Program-made: the position numbers and the translations under genes
NCBI GenBank assembly: GCA_049515535.1
Contig: JBEKTZ010000009.1
Location: 62,001-126,000 of the forward strand
DNA from: Candidatus Aminicenantales bacterium
GTDB lineage: Bacteria > Acidobacteriota > Aminicenantia > Aminicenantales > UBA4085
DNA: 64,000 bases
Direction: 5' to 3'
The notes under the pieces: model-generated
The model's database searches: none
The model's input: the letters and a program-made list of their open reading frames with translations, nothing else
What the model was told of the DNA's origin: nothing
In this document: piece after piece, positions 9,324-18,720 of the stretch
How the letters are laid out: every line of letters begins with the position of its first letter
Position numbering within the stretch: position 1 is the first letter of the stretch

Positions 9324-10616
9324 ATGAGCATGACGACCTCGGCAACGATCATCTTGGCGGCGATGGTCGCGGCCTACATCGTCGCGAAGATCTTCAAGAT
9401 TTCGACCGAGCTCTCGATGCTCGGCGCCGCCCTCGTCGGCGGACTCGTCGGAGGGGCGGGCATCCCGGCCCGCCACATCGCGGAAGGGGCGTTTACCTAT
9501 CTCGACATCTGCTTGATCTTCATCACCGCCACTCTCTTCATGAATCTCCTCAAGGAATCCGGCGGCGTGGCGTTCGTCATCCGACGCATCCTGCGGCGGT
9601 TCCATCGCCGCAAGTTCCTGCTCTTCGTCATGTTGGCCGTGCTCATGCTGATTCCAGGGATGCTCACGGGCGCGGGAAGCGTGACCGTCCTGATCGTCGG
9701 CGGCATGGTCGCGACCGTCCTCGGCTATATGGGAATTCCCAAGCCGAAGGCCGCGGCGATCGTCTTCGTCATCGCCGGGTTGAGCGCCGCCGCGCCCCCC
9801 GTCAGTCTTTGGGCGATGCTCACGGCGGCCGGCGTCAACATGCCTTATGTGGGATTCTTCCTGCCCCTGATGATCCCCTGCCTCCTGTTGGCGCTGCTGA
9901 CGATCTTCATCCTGGGATGGAAATCCAAGCCGGCGGATCTCGCCTCGGCCTTGAAAGAGCTGCCCGAACCCCCGGCCGGCATGAACTGGCTGAAAATCGC
10001 GATTCCCTTTCTTGGCTTTTTCGCCCTCATCATCGCCGGGCGCGTCTGGCCGTTCGACTTCCCGATCATGGGCTTGCCCCTGATGTTCGCCTGCTCCGCG
10101 GTTTTTACCCTCGTTTTATCGCCGGTCAAGATCGACGTTCTCGAGGTCTCCAGAAAAACGATCCACCAGCTCCTGCCGCTGATCGGAACGCTGACCTGCG
10201 CCGGCATCCTGGTCCAGATCATGACGCTGACGGGCGTCCGCGGCCTGATCTCCGTGACGGTCGTCACGCTCCCGGTCATGATCGTCATCCTGACCCTTTT
10301 CCTGACGCTGCCCGTTTCCGAATCCGTGCTCATGTGGGGCGCGGCCCCGGTGCTCGGCGTGCCGCTCGTCCTGCTCTTCAACCACATCAACCTCAACCCC
10401 ATCATCGCCCTGGCGGGCATGAGCGTCATCTGGCCGCTGGGCGACGCGCTTCCGCCGACGGCCATCATCGGCCGGCTGACCGTGGAAACCGTCGGGATGA
10501 AAGAAAAATATACGGCCTTCCTGAAATACTGCATCGTTCCGGCGATCCTCATCATCATCGTCGGGACGCTGATGGTCGTCTTCAGCAAGAAGTTGGCTTT
10601 TTTAACGGTCTTTTAA
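9324..10616 (+). CDS. ion-transporter superfamily permease (TRAP large subunit / DctM-CitM-like)
   Basis: About 11-12 hydrophobic segments, AAPPVSL and ALPPTAIIG repeat motifs; AAGGAGG RBS. Confidence 0.75.
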   Translation: MSMTTSATIILAAMVAAYIVAKIFKISTELSMLGAALVGGLVGGAGIPARHIAEGAFTYLDICLIFITATLFMNLLKESGGVAFVIRRILRRFHRRKFLLFVMLAVLMLIPGMLTGAGSVTVLIVGGMVATVLGYMGIPKPKAAAIVFVIAGLSAAAPPVSLWAMLTAAGVNMPYVGFFLPLMIPCLLLALLTIFILGWKSKPADLASALKELPEPPAGMNWLKIAIPFLGFFALIIAGRVWPFDFPIMGLPLMFACSAVFTLVLSPVKIDVLEVSRKTIHQLLPLIGTLTCAGILVQIMTLTGVRGLISVTVVTLPVMIVILTLFLTLPVSESVLMWGAAPVLGVPLVLLFNHINLNPIIALAGMSVIWPLGDALPPTAIIGRLTVETVGMKEKYTAFLKYCIVPAILIIIVGTLMVVFSKKLAFLTVF

Positions 10617-10628
10617 GGGGAAACGACG

Positions 10629-10778
10629 ATGATCATTACCATCCTTTATTATATCCTGATCGCGTTCGTGGTCTTCCTGATGGGTTGGAACCTCGTCAAA
10701 AGCAAAAAATGGCAGGAGGAAATACTCTACGTGATCGTCCTTCTCCCGTTTTTGCTGCGGCTGCTGCGCTTGAAATAG
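10629..10778 (+). CDS. 49-aa two-helix membrane protein (absent from ORF track)
   Basis: Manual translation MIITILYYILIAFVVFLMGWNLVKSKKWQEEILYVIVLLPFLLRLLRLK; AAGGGG RBS; fills the gap between permease and deacylase. Confidence 0.7.
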   Translation: MIITILYYILIAFVVFLMGWNLVKSKKWQEEILYVIVLLPFLLRLLRLK

Positions 10779-10788
10779 GAGAAGCATT

Positions 10789-11940
10789 ATGAACGCGCGC
10801 AAAACCGTCATCATCGTCCTGGGCCTCGTTCTCGCCGGCTTTTCCGGACTGAGCTTTTACAAGAGCCGCCGTCTCCGGGAGCCCGTCGTGATCGGCCCGT
10901 CCGTCACCAGGGTCGAGAAGCTCAGCGAATATTTCCCGGCCATCAAAGGCAGCGCGAACGACGCCAACGTCTATGTCCTCGAAGGCGCGAAAAAAGGCGG
11001 CACGTTCCTCATCCTCGGCGGATCGCATCCTGAGGAGCCGGCAGGGCGCCTCGTCACCTGGATCCTGACCGAAAACGCGGTCCTGGAACAAGGCCGGATC
11101 TTCGTTCTGAACTCGGCCGGCCGGAGCGCGACGACCGTCACGCGCCCTGGCGGAGCCTATCCGGAATCATACACGATCAAGACGCCCTGGGGAGGGCAGA
11201 CGTTCAGGATGGGAGACCGGTGGGCGAACCCCCTGGACCAGTGGCCCGATCCCGAAGTCTATATCCACTACCCGACACGCCAGAATCTGGCCTACATGGA
11301 TATCCGGAACCTGAACCGGGCCTGGCCCGGACGCCGAAACGGCACCCTCACGGAAAAGACGTGCTATGCCCTGACCGCGCTCATCAACAAGGAAAACGTG
11401 GACGTCGTCATCGACCTCCACGAAGCCGAGCTCCAGTATCCCGTCATCAGCACGATCGTCGCCCACGAGAAGGGCCTCGAAATCGCGGCCATGGCCTCCA
11501 TGGTTCTCAGCGACGAGGAGTTCAAGATCGGGATGGAGAAATCGCCCCCGGAGCTGCGCGGGCTTTCCCACCGCGAAATCGGCGACCATACGAAGGCCAT
11601 CCCGCTCCTGTTCGAGACTCCAGAGCCGTTCCTCGACGCGACGCGCGGACGGACGGACGAGAAACTTCTGCTCGAGGGCAAGGACGAATTCGTCGTCAGG
11701 GCCGGAAAACGCGGGCTGCTTTATGAAAAAATCGACGAAAAAGGCTGGCCGATCGACGTCCGCGTCGGACGCCACTGCTCGACCATCATCCAGGTCCTCG
11801 CCGTCTGGTCGCAGGACCATGCAGATAAGGCCGTAACGATGAAAAACGTCCCCAAATACGCGGAGGTCATCCAAAAAGGGACCGGCGCTTTTCTGCGCGA
11901 CCCGGCCAAGGCTGACCCGAAACTCATTTATTTCGAATAA
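10789..11940 (+). CDS. succinylglutamate desuccinylase/aspartoacylase-like (M14 clan) protein, N-terminally anchored
   Basis: GGSHPEE, RNLNRAWPG, VIDLHEA motifs; N-terminal hydrophobic helix. Confidence 0.75.
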   Translation: MNARKTVIIVLGLVLAGFSGLSFYKSRRLREPVVIGPSVTRVEKLSEYFPAIKGSANDANVYVLEGAKKGGTFLILGGSHPEEPAGRLVTWILTENAVLEQGRIFVLNSAGRSATTVTRPGGAYPESYTIKTPWGGQTFRMGDRWANPLDQWPDPEVYIHYPTRQNLAYMDIRNLNRAWPGRRNGTLTEKTCYALTALINKENVDVVIDLHEAELQYPVISTIVAHEKGLEIAAMASMVLSDEEFKIGMEKSPPELRGLSHREIGDHTKAIPLLFETPEPFLDATRGRTDEKLLLEGKDEFVVRAGKRGLLYEKIDEKGWPIDVRVGRHCSTIIQVLAVWSQDHADKAVTMKNVPKYAEVIQKGTGAFLRDPAKADPKLIYFE

Positions 11941-11989
11941 TATTCGGGACCGCCCTCAAACAGCGTCCCCGAAACGAAAGGAATATTTT

Positions 11990-13327
11990 ATGCGCACTTA
12001 TGAATCCATTGGTCTCGGCATTCCTGAAATCCTCCTGCCCAAGGCGGGTGTGGATCTGACGAAATGGGCCGTCATCGCCTGCGACCAATACACCTCCGAA
12101 CCGGAATACTGGCAAAAGGCCGCGGACCTCGTCGGTGACGCTCCTTCCACGCTGAACATCATCTATCCCGAAGTCTATCTCGGGGAGAAAAACCCGGAGG
12201 CGAGGATCGCGAATATCCGGGAGTCGATGAACCGGTACCTGACCCAGGCTTTGTCGGCGGCTATGGAGGGATTCATCTATGTCGAGCGCACGGTCGGAGG
12301 CCGCGCGCGCAAGGGCTTGATGGCCTGCCTCGACCTCGAACATTACGATTTTCGCAAAGGGTCCACGAGTCTCATCCGGGCCACGGAAGGGACGATCATG
12401 GACAGGATTCCGCCGCGCGTCAAAATCCGCGAAGGCGCCCCCATCGAGAGCCCGCATATCATGGTCCTGATCGACGATCCGGCCCAAACGGTCATCGGGC
12501 CGCTCGCCGCGAACAAGGCCAGGCTCCGGAAGCTCTATGATTTCGATCTGATGCTGGGCTCGGGCCGCCTCGCCGGATACCGCGTGGAGAACCCGGATTT
12601 GGAAGCCGGCGTCCTCAGCGGCCTCAAGGCGCTGGCCGATCCAAAGAGTTTCATCGAAAAATACGGCCTCAAACCCGGCGCGCCCGTCCTCCTCTTCGCC
12701 ATGGGCGACGGGAACCATTCGCTGGCCACGGCCAAGACCATCTGGGAAAAGGTCAAGGAAAGCGCTTTCTACAAGAGTGCGATCATGAAGTCTCCTCTGC
12801 GCTACGCGCTCGTGGAACTCGTCAATCTTCACGACGAAGCGCTGGTCTTCGAGCCGATCCACCGGGTGCTCTTCGGCCTTGCGGCAGGCCCAAGCCTCGT
12901 CGACAAGATGAATGAATTCTATCCGGGAAAATGCCGCCGATCCGCCGCGGCGAGCCTGGACGAGATGAAGGCGGCCGTGGACCATCCAAAGGAAAGCGCC
13001 CACAAGATCGGGACCATCTCAGACGCCGGTTTCGGCATCCTCGAAATCGCGCGGCCCGCGTCCAACCTTCCCCTCGGAACGCTCCAGAACTTCCTGGATG
13101 CATTCATGAAGGCCGGTGGCGCCCGCGAGATCGACTACGTCCACGGCACGGAATCCGTCATCCAGATCGGGAAAAAGCCGGGCAACATCGGGTTGTATCT
13201 GCCGGCGATGAAAAAAGATGAATTGTTCCGGACGGTCATCCTGGACGGCGCTCTGCCGCGCAAGACGTTTTCCATGGGGGAAGCTTACGAAAAACGGTTC
13301 TACATGGAAGCGCGGAAGCTTTTTTAG
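11990..13327 (+). CDS. DUF1015-family protein
   Basis: WAVIACDQYTSEP, IRATEGT..RIPPR, GDGNHSLATAK, LPRKTFSMG motifs. Confidence 0.8.
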   Translation: MRTYESIGLGIPEILLPKAGVDLTKWAVIACDQYTSEPEYWQKAADLVGDAPSTLNIIYPEVYLGEKNPEARIANIRESMNRYLTQALSAAMEGFIYVERTVGGRARKGLMACLDLEHYDFRKGSTSLIRATEGTIMDRIPPRVKIREGAPIESPHIMVLIDDPAQTVIGPLAANKARLRKLYDFDLMLGSGRLAGYRVENPDLEAGVLSGLKALADPKSFIEKYGLKPGAPVLLFAMGDGNHSLATAKTIWEKVKESAFYKSAIMKSPLRYALVELVNLHDEALVFEPIHRVLFGLAAGPSLVDKMNEFYPGKCRRSAAASLDEMKAAVDHPKESAHKIGTISDAGFGILEIARPASNLPLGTLQNFLDAFMKAGGAREIDYVHGTESVIQIGKKPGNIGLYLPAMKKDELFRTVILDGALPRKTFSMGEAYEKRFYMEARKLF

Positions 13328-13430
13328 CCGTCTCCGCTAAAAAGATTTGGGATTTCGCTTTCCAGCGCCTTGGGATAGGAAGAGAAGGAAGCTCGCTCTC
13401 TTTCCCCGAGCGAAGCGGCATTTTGTCTTC

Positions 13431-13883
13431 TCATAAGGTCGCGATGATCCCCGTCAGGACGGCGAGGTGATTCTGGTCGCCTATGGATAGCGCCTTAAAG
13501 AGCTTTTTCAGGGAGGGATCTCCGATCTCCACGGAGATGCCCAAGTGGACGCGCTCGAATCGCTTCTCCAATTCGAGGAGTCTTTTCAATCCCTCCGAAA
13601 AGCCCAGTCCCGCATCGAGCTCGGACAACAACGCGCCGGAGCCATCCAATCCCGAGCGCATTTCTTCGTCTTCGAGTTGAACCCCTACGAACAAATCCGG
13701 CATCTCCTTTAAATAGTTTTTCCCTGTCCGCAACGTATTGGCGTGATTGATTTCTTCCCCGGACAGGGACATCAGACGTTTGGATAACGACGCGTCGTTC
13801 GTCAGGCCGGCTATCTTTTCATAAATCTTGGAAATCTTCAATTCCAATTCGGTTCCCAAATCAAGAAACCTTTCGATGTCCAT
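13431..13883 (-). CDS. ferritin/rubrerythrin-like four-helix protein
   Basis: ELE...Y...EEINH and a second half ending GDQNH; GGAGG RBS before ATG 13883. Confidence 0.65.
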   Translation of the reverse strand: MDIERFLDLGTELELKISKIYEKIAGLTNDASLSKRLMSLSGEEINHANTLRTGKNYLKEMPDLFVGVQLEDEEMRSGLDGSGALLSELDAGLGFSEGLKRLLELEKRFERVHLGISVEIGDPSLKKLFKALSIGDQNHLAVLTGIIATL

Positions 13884-13982
13884 GATCGCCCTCCGTCTCC
13901 CGGGATGTGGGGGCGCTGAAGCCCCGAAATGATAAGCATATAAGAAAAAAATGGGGAGATCAAGAAAGAATGCGGACACGAA

Positions 13983-15047
13983 TCAAAGCTTGCGAGAAAC
14001 CAGAGCAACGGACGCGAGCATCAAACCGATATAAATACCGACGAGGATAATTTCCGGACGGCCGGTTTTTGCCGAGCCCAGGAAAAGGCTCCCCTCGCCC
14101 GGCCCCGGCAGGGGGACGGGGTCCCACGGCAAACCGTATCGATCGGCCAGCCCTTTGACATAAAGGAGATGGATGACAGGGATTTTCCGCGAAGCCATCT
14201 CCTGGATGACCCCCCTTTTCGCCGGCGGCGGCATATCCGCCACATCCGTGAGCCCCGGCTTCAATTTCAGGATGGTCGAATCCGTCCCCATATTGGCCCA
14301 ACTCCCCCCGACGTTGATGAAAGCCTTGATTCCGCCGGGGCCGGCCTTCTCGTTATAAAGGCTCATGCGTTTGCGAACGTTCGCCGCGAGATCAGGCTCC
14401 CGGAGGAAAAAGATCTCCGTTTTTCCGATCTTTTCCGCAAGGAACGTCCGGCCTTCCCCGGACATATCCGAGCCGTTATCGCGCTCTCCGCCGACGGCCA
14501 GGGCGACCGGTCGAACGTCGAGGATACCGTTCTCGCGGAGACATTGGAACATCTCCAGCAGGGTGAATTCGGGCTTATTGGCCCCCCAATTCGAGGCGCC
14601 CAGAGAACAGATCACGACCGGCTTGGCTTCGAGAGCTTCGACCGCGCATAAAGAAGCGACGACCAGAGCCGGAAAAGAACTCGAGGCTCCGATCGCCACC
14701 GCGTCGCCGCGCTTGACGCCGGCCTGCTTCAAAAACAGGGCCACGAGCCCGCCGAAATTCGGGTTGGTCGTCGTCCTCTTCGCTTCCAAATTTCCGAGCG
14801 ACGTCGTGATCGGCGACGATTCCCGTCCGATCAATCCCGTTCGGTTGAGATCCACATGGGGGTCGATGGCGACGTTTTTTAGCTTTGCGCATCCGCTTAA
14901 AGCCTCCGCGGCCTTGGCCATGATTTCAGAAGCCCTGACCAGGTCTCGATCCTTGACCGTCCGGCCGCCGCTCGGAACCCATTTGTAAAGGCCGAAGAAA
15001 AGAAGGCCGACGAGGGCAGGGATCAGAATGAGCTTGTCTTTTTTCAT
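13983..15047 (-). CDS. pgsW: poly-gamma-glutamate system protein
   Basis: DLNRTGLIG..SPITTSLGNLEAKRTTTNPNF, SSSFPAL, SLGASNWGAN, FINVGG; last gene after pgsB and pgsC. Confidence 0.8.
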   Translation of the reverse strand: MKKDKLILIPALVGLLFFGLYKWVPSGGRTVKDRDLVRASEIMAKAAEALSGCAKLKNVAIDPHVDLNRTGLIGRESSPITTSLGNLEAKRTTTNPNFGGLVALFLKQAGVKRGDAVAIGASSSFPALVVASLCAVEALEAKPVVICSLGASNWGANKPEFTLLEMFQCLRENGILDVRPVALAVGGERDNGSDMSGEGRTFLAEKIGKTEIFFLREPDLAANVRKRMSLYNEKAGPGGIKAFINVGGSWANMGTDSTILKLKPGLTDVADMPPPAKRGVIQEMASRKIPVIHLLYVKGLADRYGLPWDPVPLPGPGEGSLFLGSAKTGRPEIILVGIYIGLMLASVALVSRKL

Positions 15048-15475
15048 AAGAGCGCCACGAGACGGGCCAGGAAATACGTCAGCACCGACGCCGTGGCCAG
15101 CGAAGCGAGCGTCGGAACGATTTTTTGTCGGGCGAGATTACTGGCCAGGAGTCCGGGAATGATCCAGCCAATGACCCGGAGGTCGAGCGGGGCGGCGAAG
15201 AGGCGCGGCCAGAGCAGAAACCAGAGCTGGCCGAAAAACCCTCCGAGGAGGAGGAGAAGGACGAACCGGCGCCGGCCGAAGAGAAGGAAATAACGGCCGA
15301 GTACCTTATAACAGGCAAGCGAGAGAAAGGCGGCCAGGACCGTGGCGACAACGCGAAGCGGCTGATCCAGATAAAGCGCGATGAGGGCTGGGACAATGAT
15401 GCCGCCGGGCAGGATTCCCGTTATTTCCGTGTAGAGAAGGGCGACGACGAGGCCGATGAGGATGGTCGTCGTCAT
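15044..15475 (-). CDS. pgsC: poly-gamma-glutamate biosynthesis membrane protein PgsC/CapC
   Basis: TGILPGGIIVPA, FGRRRF, IGWIIPGLLA motifs; 4-nt overlaps on both sides. Confidence 0.9.
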   Translation of the reverse strand: MTTTILIGLVVALLYTEITGILPGGIIVPALIALYLDQPLRVVATVLAAFLSLACYKVLGRYFLLFGRRRFVLLLLLGGFFGQLWFLLWPRLFAAPLDLRVIGWIIPGLLASNLARQKIVPTLASLATASVLTYFLARLVALL

Positions 15476-16653
15476 AAAACCACCCCTATCCGCGCCCAAT
15501 GATCGACGATCTCTTGGCCGAGTCCGCCCATATTGCCCATGCCGATGACGGCGCCTCCATCTCGTTCCAGGGCGAACAGCTCATCCATGATGATTTGCGG
15601 CCGGCGCTCCGGCCACGCGGAAACCTTCGTCTTCGACGAGGGCCCGGCCAGCCTCTTATGTCCAAGAGCGCGCGCGTGGTCTCCGACGATGATCAGGCGG
15701 GCGAAGCCCTCGAAAAATCCCGCCCGAAGCGCGCCGAGCCACTGCCGGGTCCGGTCGCCCCTATCCTCGCGCAGGTTCAGAAGCGCGATCATCGGCAGAG
15801 GGAGCTGCGGATATTTCTCGCGCAACAAGGCCAAAGCCTTCTGCGTGGATTCGGGCTCATTGGCCGCAAAGGCGTTGGCCAGATACCACGCGCCGTTCGC
15901 GCCGTCCGGGGTCGTTCTCCAGATTTTAAGCCCGCCAAAATCGGATCGGGCACGAGCCATTCCCCGCAGAGCCGTGTCTTTCGGAACGCCTATATATTCG
16001 GCCACGGCCAGGGCCAGGTTTATGTTCTCCGTGAATTCCCGCCCCATCGCGCCCTCGCTGCCGGAGGCTGTCGGAATCTTGATGATCCGCGTTTCCCGTT
16101 CCTCGGCCGCCTTCTCGAAAACGAAATAAAATTCCTCCTCGGGAACGATCAATGCGCCTCCGTGCGGGACGGCCGCGGCCAGAGACGCGGCGATTTCCTC
16201 TTTTGTCCGGCCCATGTCGTCCATGTGGTCCAAACGGACATTCGTGACGGCCAGAATCCGAGGCTTTAAAAGTTTTTCCGACTCGGCCTTCAGCATCTCG
16301 GGCCGGATGCTCATCATCTCGACGACGATCGCGCCGGCGCGCAGGTCGAAGGCCGATTTCAGGACTTCTTTCTGCTCCAAAATCGACGGCCGGCCGGACC
16401 GTCCGATCTCTCTCTCCGCGCCGTCCGGGAATATCAGGACGGGTTTCGACCCCGTCGTCTTGGCCAGCACGCGGTAACCTTCCTCCCGCAGCGCGGCGGC
16501 GATGAGCCGCGTCACCGTCGATTTTCCCCTGGTTCCCGTGACACAAATGCGCAAAGGGAGGTGATTCAGGCTCTTTTTCAGCGCGGCCCGTTCCAGACAA
16601 AGATAAAGGAGAAAAAAAACCAGGCAGAGCGACGGGACGAGGAGCATCTTCAT
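15472..16653 (-). CDS. pgsB: poly-gamma-glutamate synthase PgsB/CapB
   Basis: RICVTGTRGKSTVTRLI, AKTTG, TNVRLDHMDDMG, NAFAANEPEST, GMGNMGG. Confidence 0.92.
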   Translation of the reverse strand: MKMLLVPSLCLVFFLLYLCLERAALKKSLNHLPLRICVTGTRGKSTVTRLIAAALREEGYRVLAKTTGSKPVLIFPDGAEREIGRSGRPSILEQKEVLKSAFDLRAGAIVVEMMSIRPEMLKAESEKLLKPRILAVTNVRLDHMDDMGRTKEEIAASLAAAVPHGGALIVPEEEFYFVFEKAAEERETRIIKIPTASGSEGAMGREFTENINLALAVAEYIGVPKDTALRGMARARSDFGGLKIWRTTPDGANGAWYLANAFAANEPESTQKALALLREKYPQLPLPMIALLNLREDRGDRTRQWLGALRAGFFEGFARLIIVGDHARALGHKRLAGPSSKTKVSAWPERRPQIIMDELFALERDGGAVIGMGNMGGLGQEIVDHWARIGVVL

Positions 16654-16762
16654 CGGCTTGAATTTTCATTATATCGAAATCTCGATAAATGGAAAGAACT
16701 TGAGCCTATGGATGAACCCCGGGAGGCAAGGCTTTGTCTCAGGAAGAAAGAATAAGCCTTTA

Positions 16763-17140
16763 TCAGCCCTTATAGATGTTAAGGATCCTCTCCTTGTCTT
16801 CGTTCTCTTTATCGCCCTTGAAATAAATCTCGATCAACTCGACTCGGTCCGCATCTTTAAAATACGCATATATCAATCGTAATCCGGTATTTGCGCCGCG
16901 CCCTTTCAGCGCTTTACAGGCGAATTTCTTGACCTTGAATATTTCCGGGTCATGAAAAGGAAATCCAGGGATCTGGAATGATCCCCTGTTATCGATCCCG
17001 ACTTTATGCAAAAGAATGATTTGATGCTTGATGAGATTCTCTAAATCCTCGTCGAGGATTCGAAACCTCTTTGAAAGCTTTTTGAAATCTCTTTCGAACT
17101 CGGGCCGACGGATAATTTCATGAAACGGGGTCGTCATCAT
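16763..17140 (-). CDS. RelE/HigB-like toxin
   Basis: PEFERDFKKLSKRF, K..GRG..TGLRLIYAY, LIEIYFKGDKEN; overlaps the upstream antitoxin; AT-richer than flanks. Confidence 0.7.
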   Translation of the reverse strand: MMTTPFHEIIRRPEFERDFKKLSKRFRILDEDLENLIKHQIILLHKVGIDNRGSFQIPGFPFHDPEIFKVKKFACKALKGRGANTGLRLIYAYFKDADRVELIEIYFKGDKENEDKERILNIYKG

Positions 17141-17900
17141 TCCTCTGGGTATAGGGAGGAGTCCGATAAAATACGGCTTCGTACGGGATGATTTTTTCCT
17201 CGCCCGTCGTCAGCCAAGGAACATCTTGATGAGAATATTCGCTGATTTGGCGGGCATTCATCTCCGATAAGCGATCGAGGACGTTGTCGATCGTCGCTTT
17301 TTCTCTGGCGTTCAGATAACTCAGATCCGGACCGCGCAAAGGCAAATATTTGGTTTGCGGGTAACTGAAGTATTTATCCGGCACTTTTATGATTTCTTCG
17401 TCGGCAATCATCCTTTCGGTAATCTTGCGGAATTCCATCGGAGTCGGGCCATGTATATTTTTCTTATAGGTGGCACCGATCAACTGCTCTTCGTATCTTT
17501 CGTAGTAATCGAAATCGATGAAATAAAGCAACTTATATATGACGGTTTCGCCGATATTCGGCTTTGCCCCGACCTTATTCAAAACGTAAAGGAGGACTTC
17601 TTTGAATTTCTTGAAATTCTTTTGGGGGATATCGAGGCGAATTTCGGGCTCTGTCTTTCGATATTCCGCTCGCGTTTCTTGAATAATAAATTGCGGCTCC
17701 TTTTTCTCCTCGAAAAGCGAATCGATTGAAATGCCGAAAATATCAGCCACTTTTTTACTCTCTTCGGCGCTCAGCTTTCGCTCTCCATTCTCTATGAGCG
17801 ATAATGTCGGGCGAGAAACGCCCAATAGCTTTGCCAAAGTTTCCTGGCTTATCTCAGCTTTTTCGCGCATTTCTTTGATACGCCGTCCTAGGTTGGTCAT
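17118..17900 (-). CDS. XRE HTH + DUF4065 (Panacea/SocA-like) antitoxin
   Basis: N-terminal SQETLAKLLGVSRPTLSLIENGER; KLLYFIDF, HGPTP, SEYSHQDVPW Panacea motifs. Confidence 0.85.
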   Translation of the reverse strand: MTNLGRRIKEMREKAEISQETLAKLLGVSRPTLSLIENGERKLSAEESKKVADIFGISIDSLFEEKKEPQFIIQETRAEYRKTEPEIRLDIPQKNFKKFKEVLLYVLNKVGAKPNIGETVIYKLLYFIDFDYYERYEEQLIGATYKKNIHGPTPMEFRKITERMIADEEIIKVPDKYFSYPQTKYLPLRGPDLSYLNAREKATIDNVLDRLSEMNARQISEYSHQDVPWLTTGEEKIIPYEAVFYRTPPYTQRNDDDPVS

Positions 17901-18001
17901 AGGTTTGACTCCTTTTCTCCATTATGCATATGTTATGTTAATTGTCAATAGATTGTTATATTATATAACATTCCTATAAGCGACTTGCCATTTATTCGTC
18001 G

Positions 18002-18031
18002 TTGACACCTCCGCTTTGCTGCCGATATACT
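18002..18031 (+). promoter_or_regulatory. sigma70-type promoter
   Basis: TTGACA-N18-TATACT upstream of the REP-like hairpin and hsdM remnant. Confidence 0.45.
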
Positions 18032-18044
18032 CTTTTCATATTCA

Positions 18045-18126
18045 GTGGAATTCGGGGACATGACCCGAATCTCCGGATTCGGGATCGTGTCCCCAGAATT
18101 CCACGCAAGGTCAGGAGATTTGACCC
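18045..18126. repeat. REP-like double hairpin, copy A
   Basis: GTGGAATTCGGGGACA...TGTCCCCAGAATTCCAC followed by CAAGGTCA...TGACCC; related unit at 19689-19761. Confidence 0.6.
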
Positions 18127-18186
18127 TTGAACCATAGCGAAATTGTCAGTTTCATCTGGGGTGTCGCCGACCTCATCCGGACACGC
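18127..18186 (+). pseudogene. 5' remnant of a type I R-M methyltransferase (HsdM N-terminus)
   Basis: AGGAG RBS then TTG-NHSEIVSFIWGVADLIR, resembling HsdM_N starts; similarity ends after about 19 codons and the frame stops at 18225. Confidence 0.55.
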
Positions 18187-18320
18187 TTTCCTGGGACGTC
18201 AAAAAGTCCCAAAGGGCTAAAATAGAGCACTTTAATATACACTTCATCGCCAGGTCCCAGCCCAAAGCAAACCTTTTCGCTCTCATTTTCGTATTAGATA
18301 GTAAGGAAGGAGGTACGATC

Positions 18321-18710
18321 TTGAAAAAAACCATTCTTGTCGTCTTGGTCTTAGGCTTATTCGTTCTCTCGGCGGCGTTCTCCCAGACTCCGCCGGAGAA
18401 AAAATCGCCGGCCCCCTCAAAAGGCCCCTTGCCCATGGACCAGCTCGCTGAGGCGATGGCCCTGCGGCTGAGCACCAGCCTTCAGGTGAAGACCGTCGTC
18501 GGCGAACCGAAGAAGGTCGGGAATATTACGATTATCCCGATCCTGATGATCGATGTCGGCTTCGGAGGCGGAGGAGGCGGTGCCCCGCAAAACCTGGAGA
18601 TGGGCAGCAAGGGCTTCTATATGAGCGGAGAGGTCCGGCCGGTGGGCTTCGTCGTGGTCACCAAGGCGGGGACGAAGTTCATCAGCGTCGGCAAAATTCC
18701 CCGGAATTGA
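18321..18710 (+). CDS. GerW/YtfJ-like protein with signal peptide
   Basis: KTVVGEP..VG..TIIPI...VGFGGGGG...VRPVGFVVV; AAGGAGG RBS with TTG start. Confidence 0.75.
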   Translation: MKKTILVVLVLGLFVLSAAFSQTPPEKKSPAPSKGPLPMDQLAEAMALRLSTSLQVKTVVGEPKKVGNITIIPILMIDVGFGGGGGGAPQNLEMGSKGFYMSGEVRPVGFVVVTKAGTKFISVGKIPRN

Positions 18711-18720
18711 GGAGCGGAGC

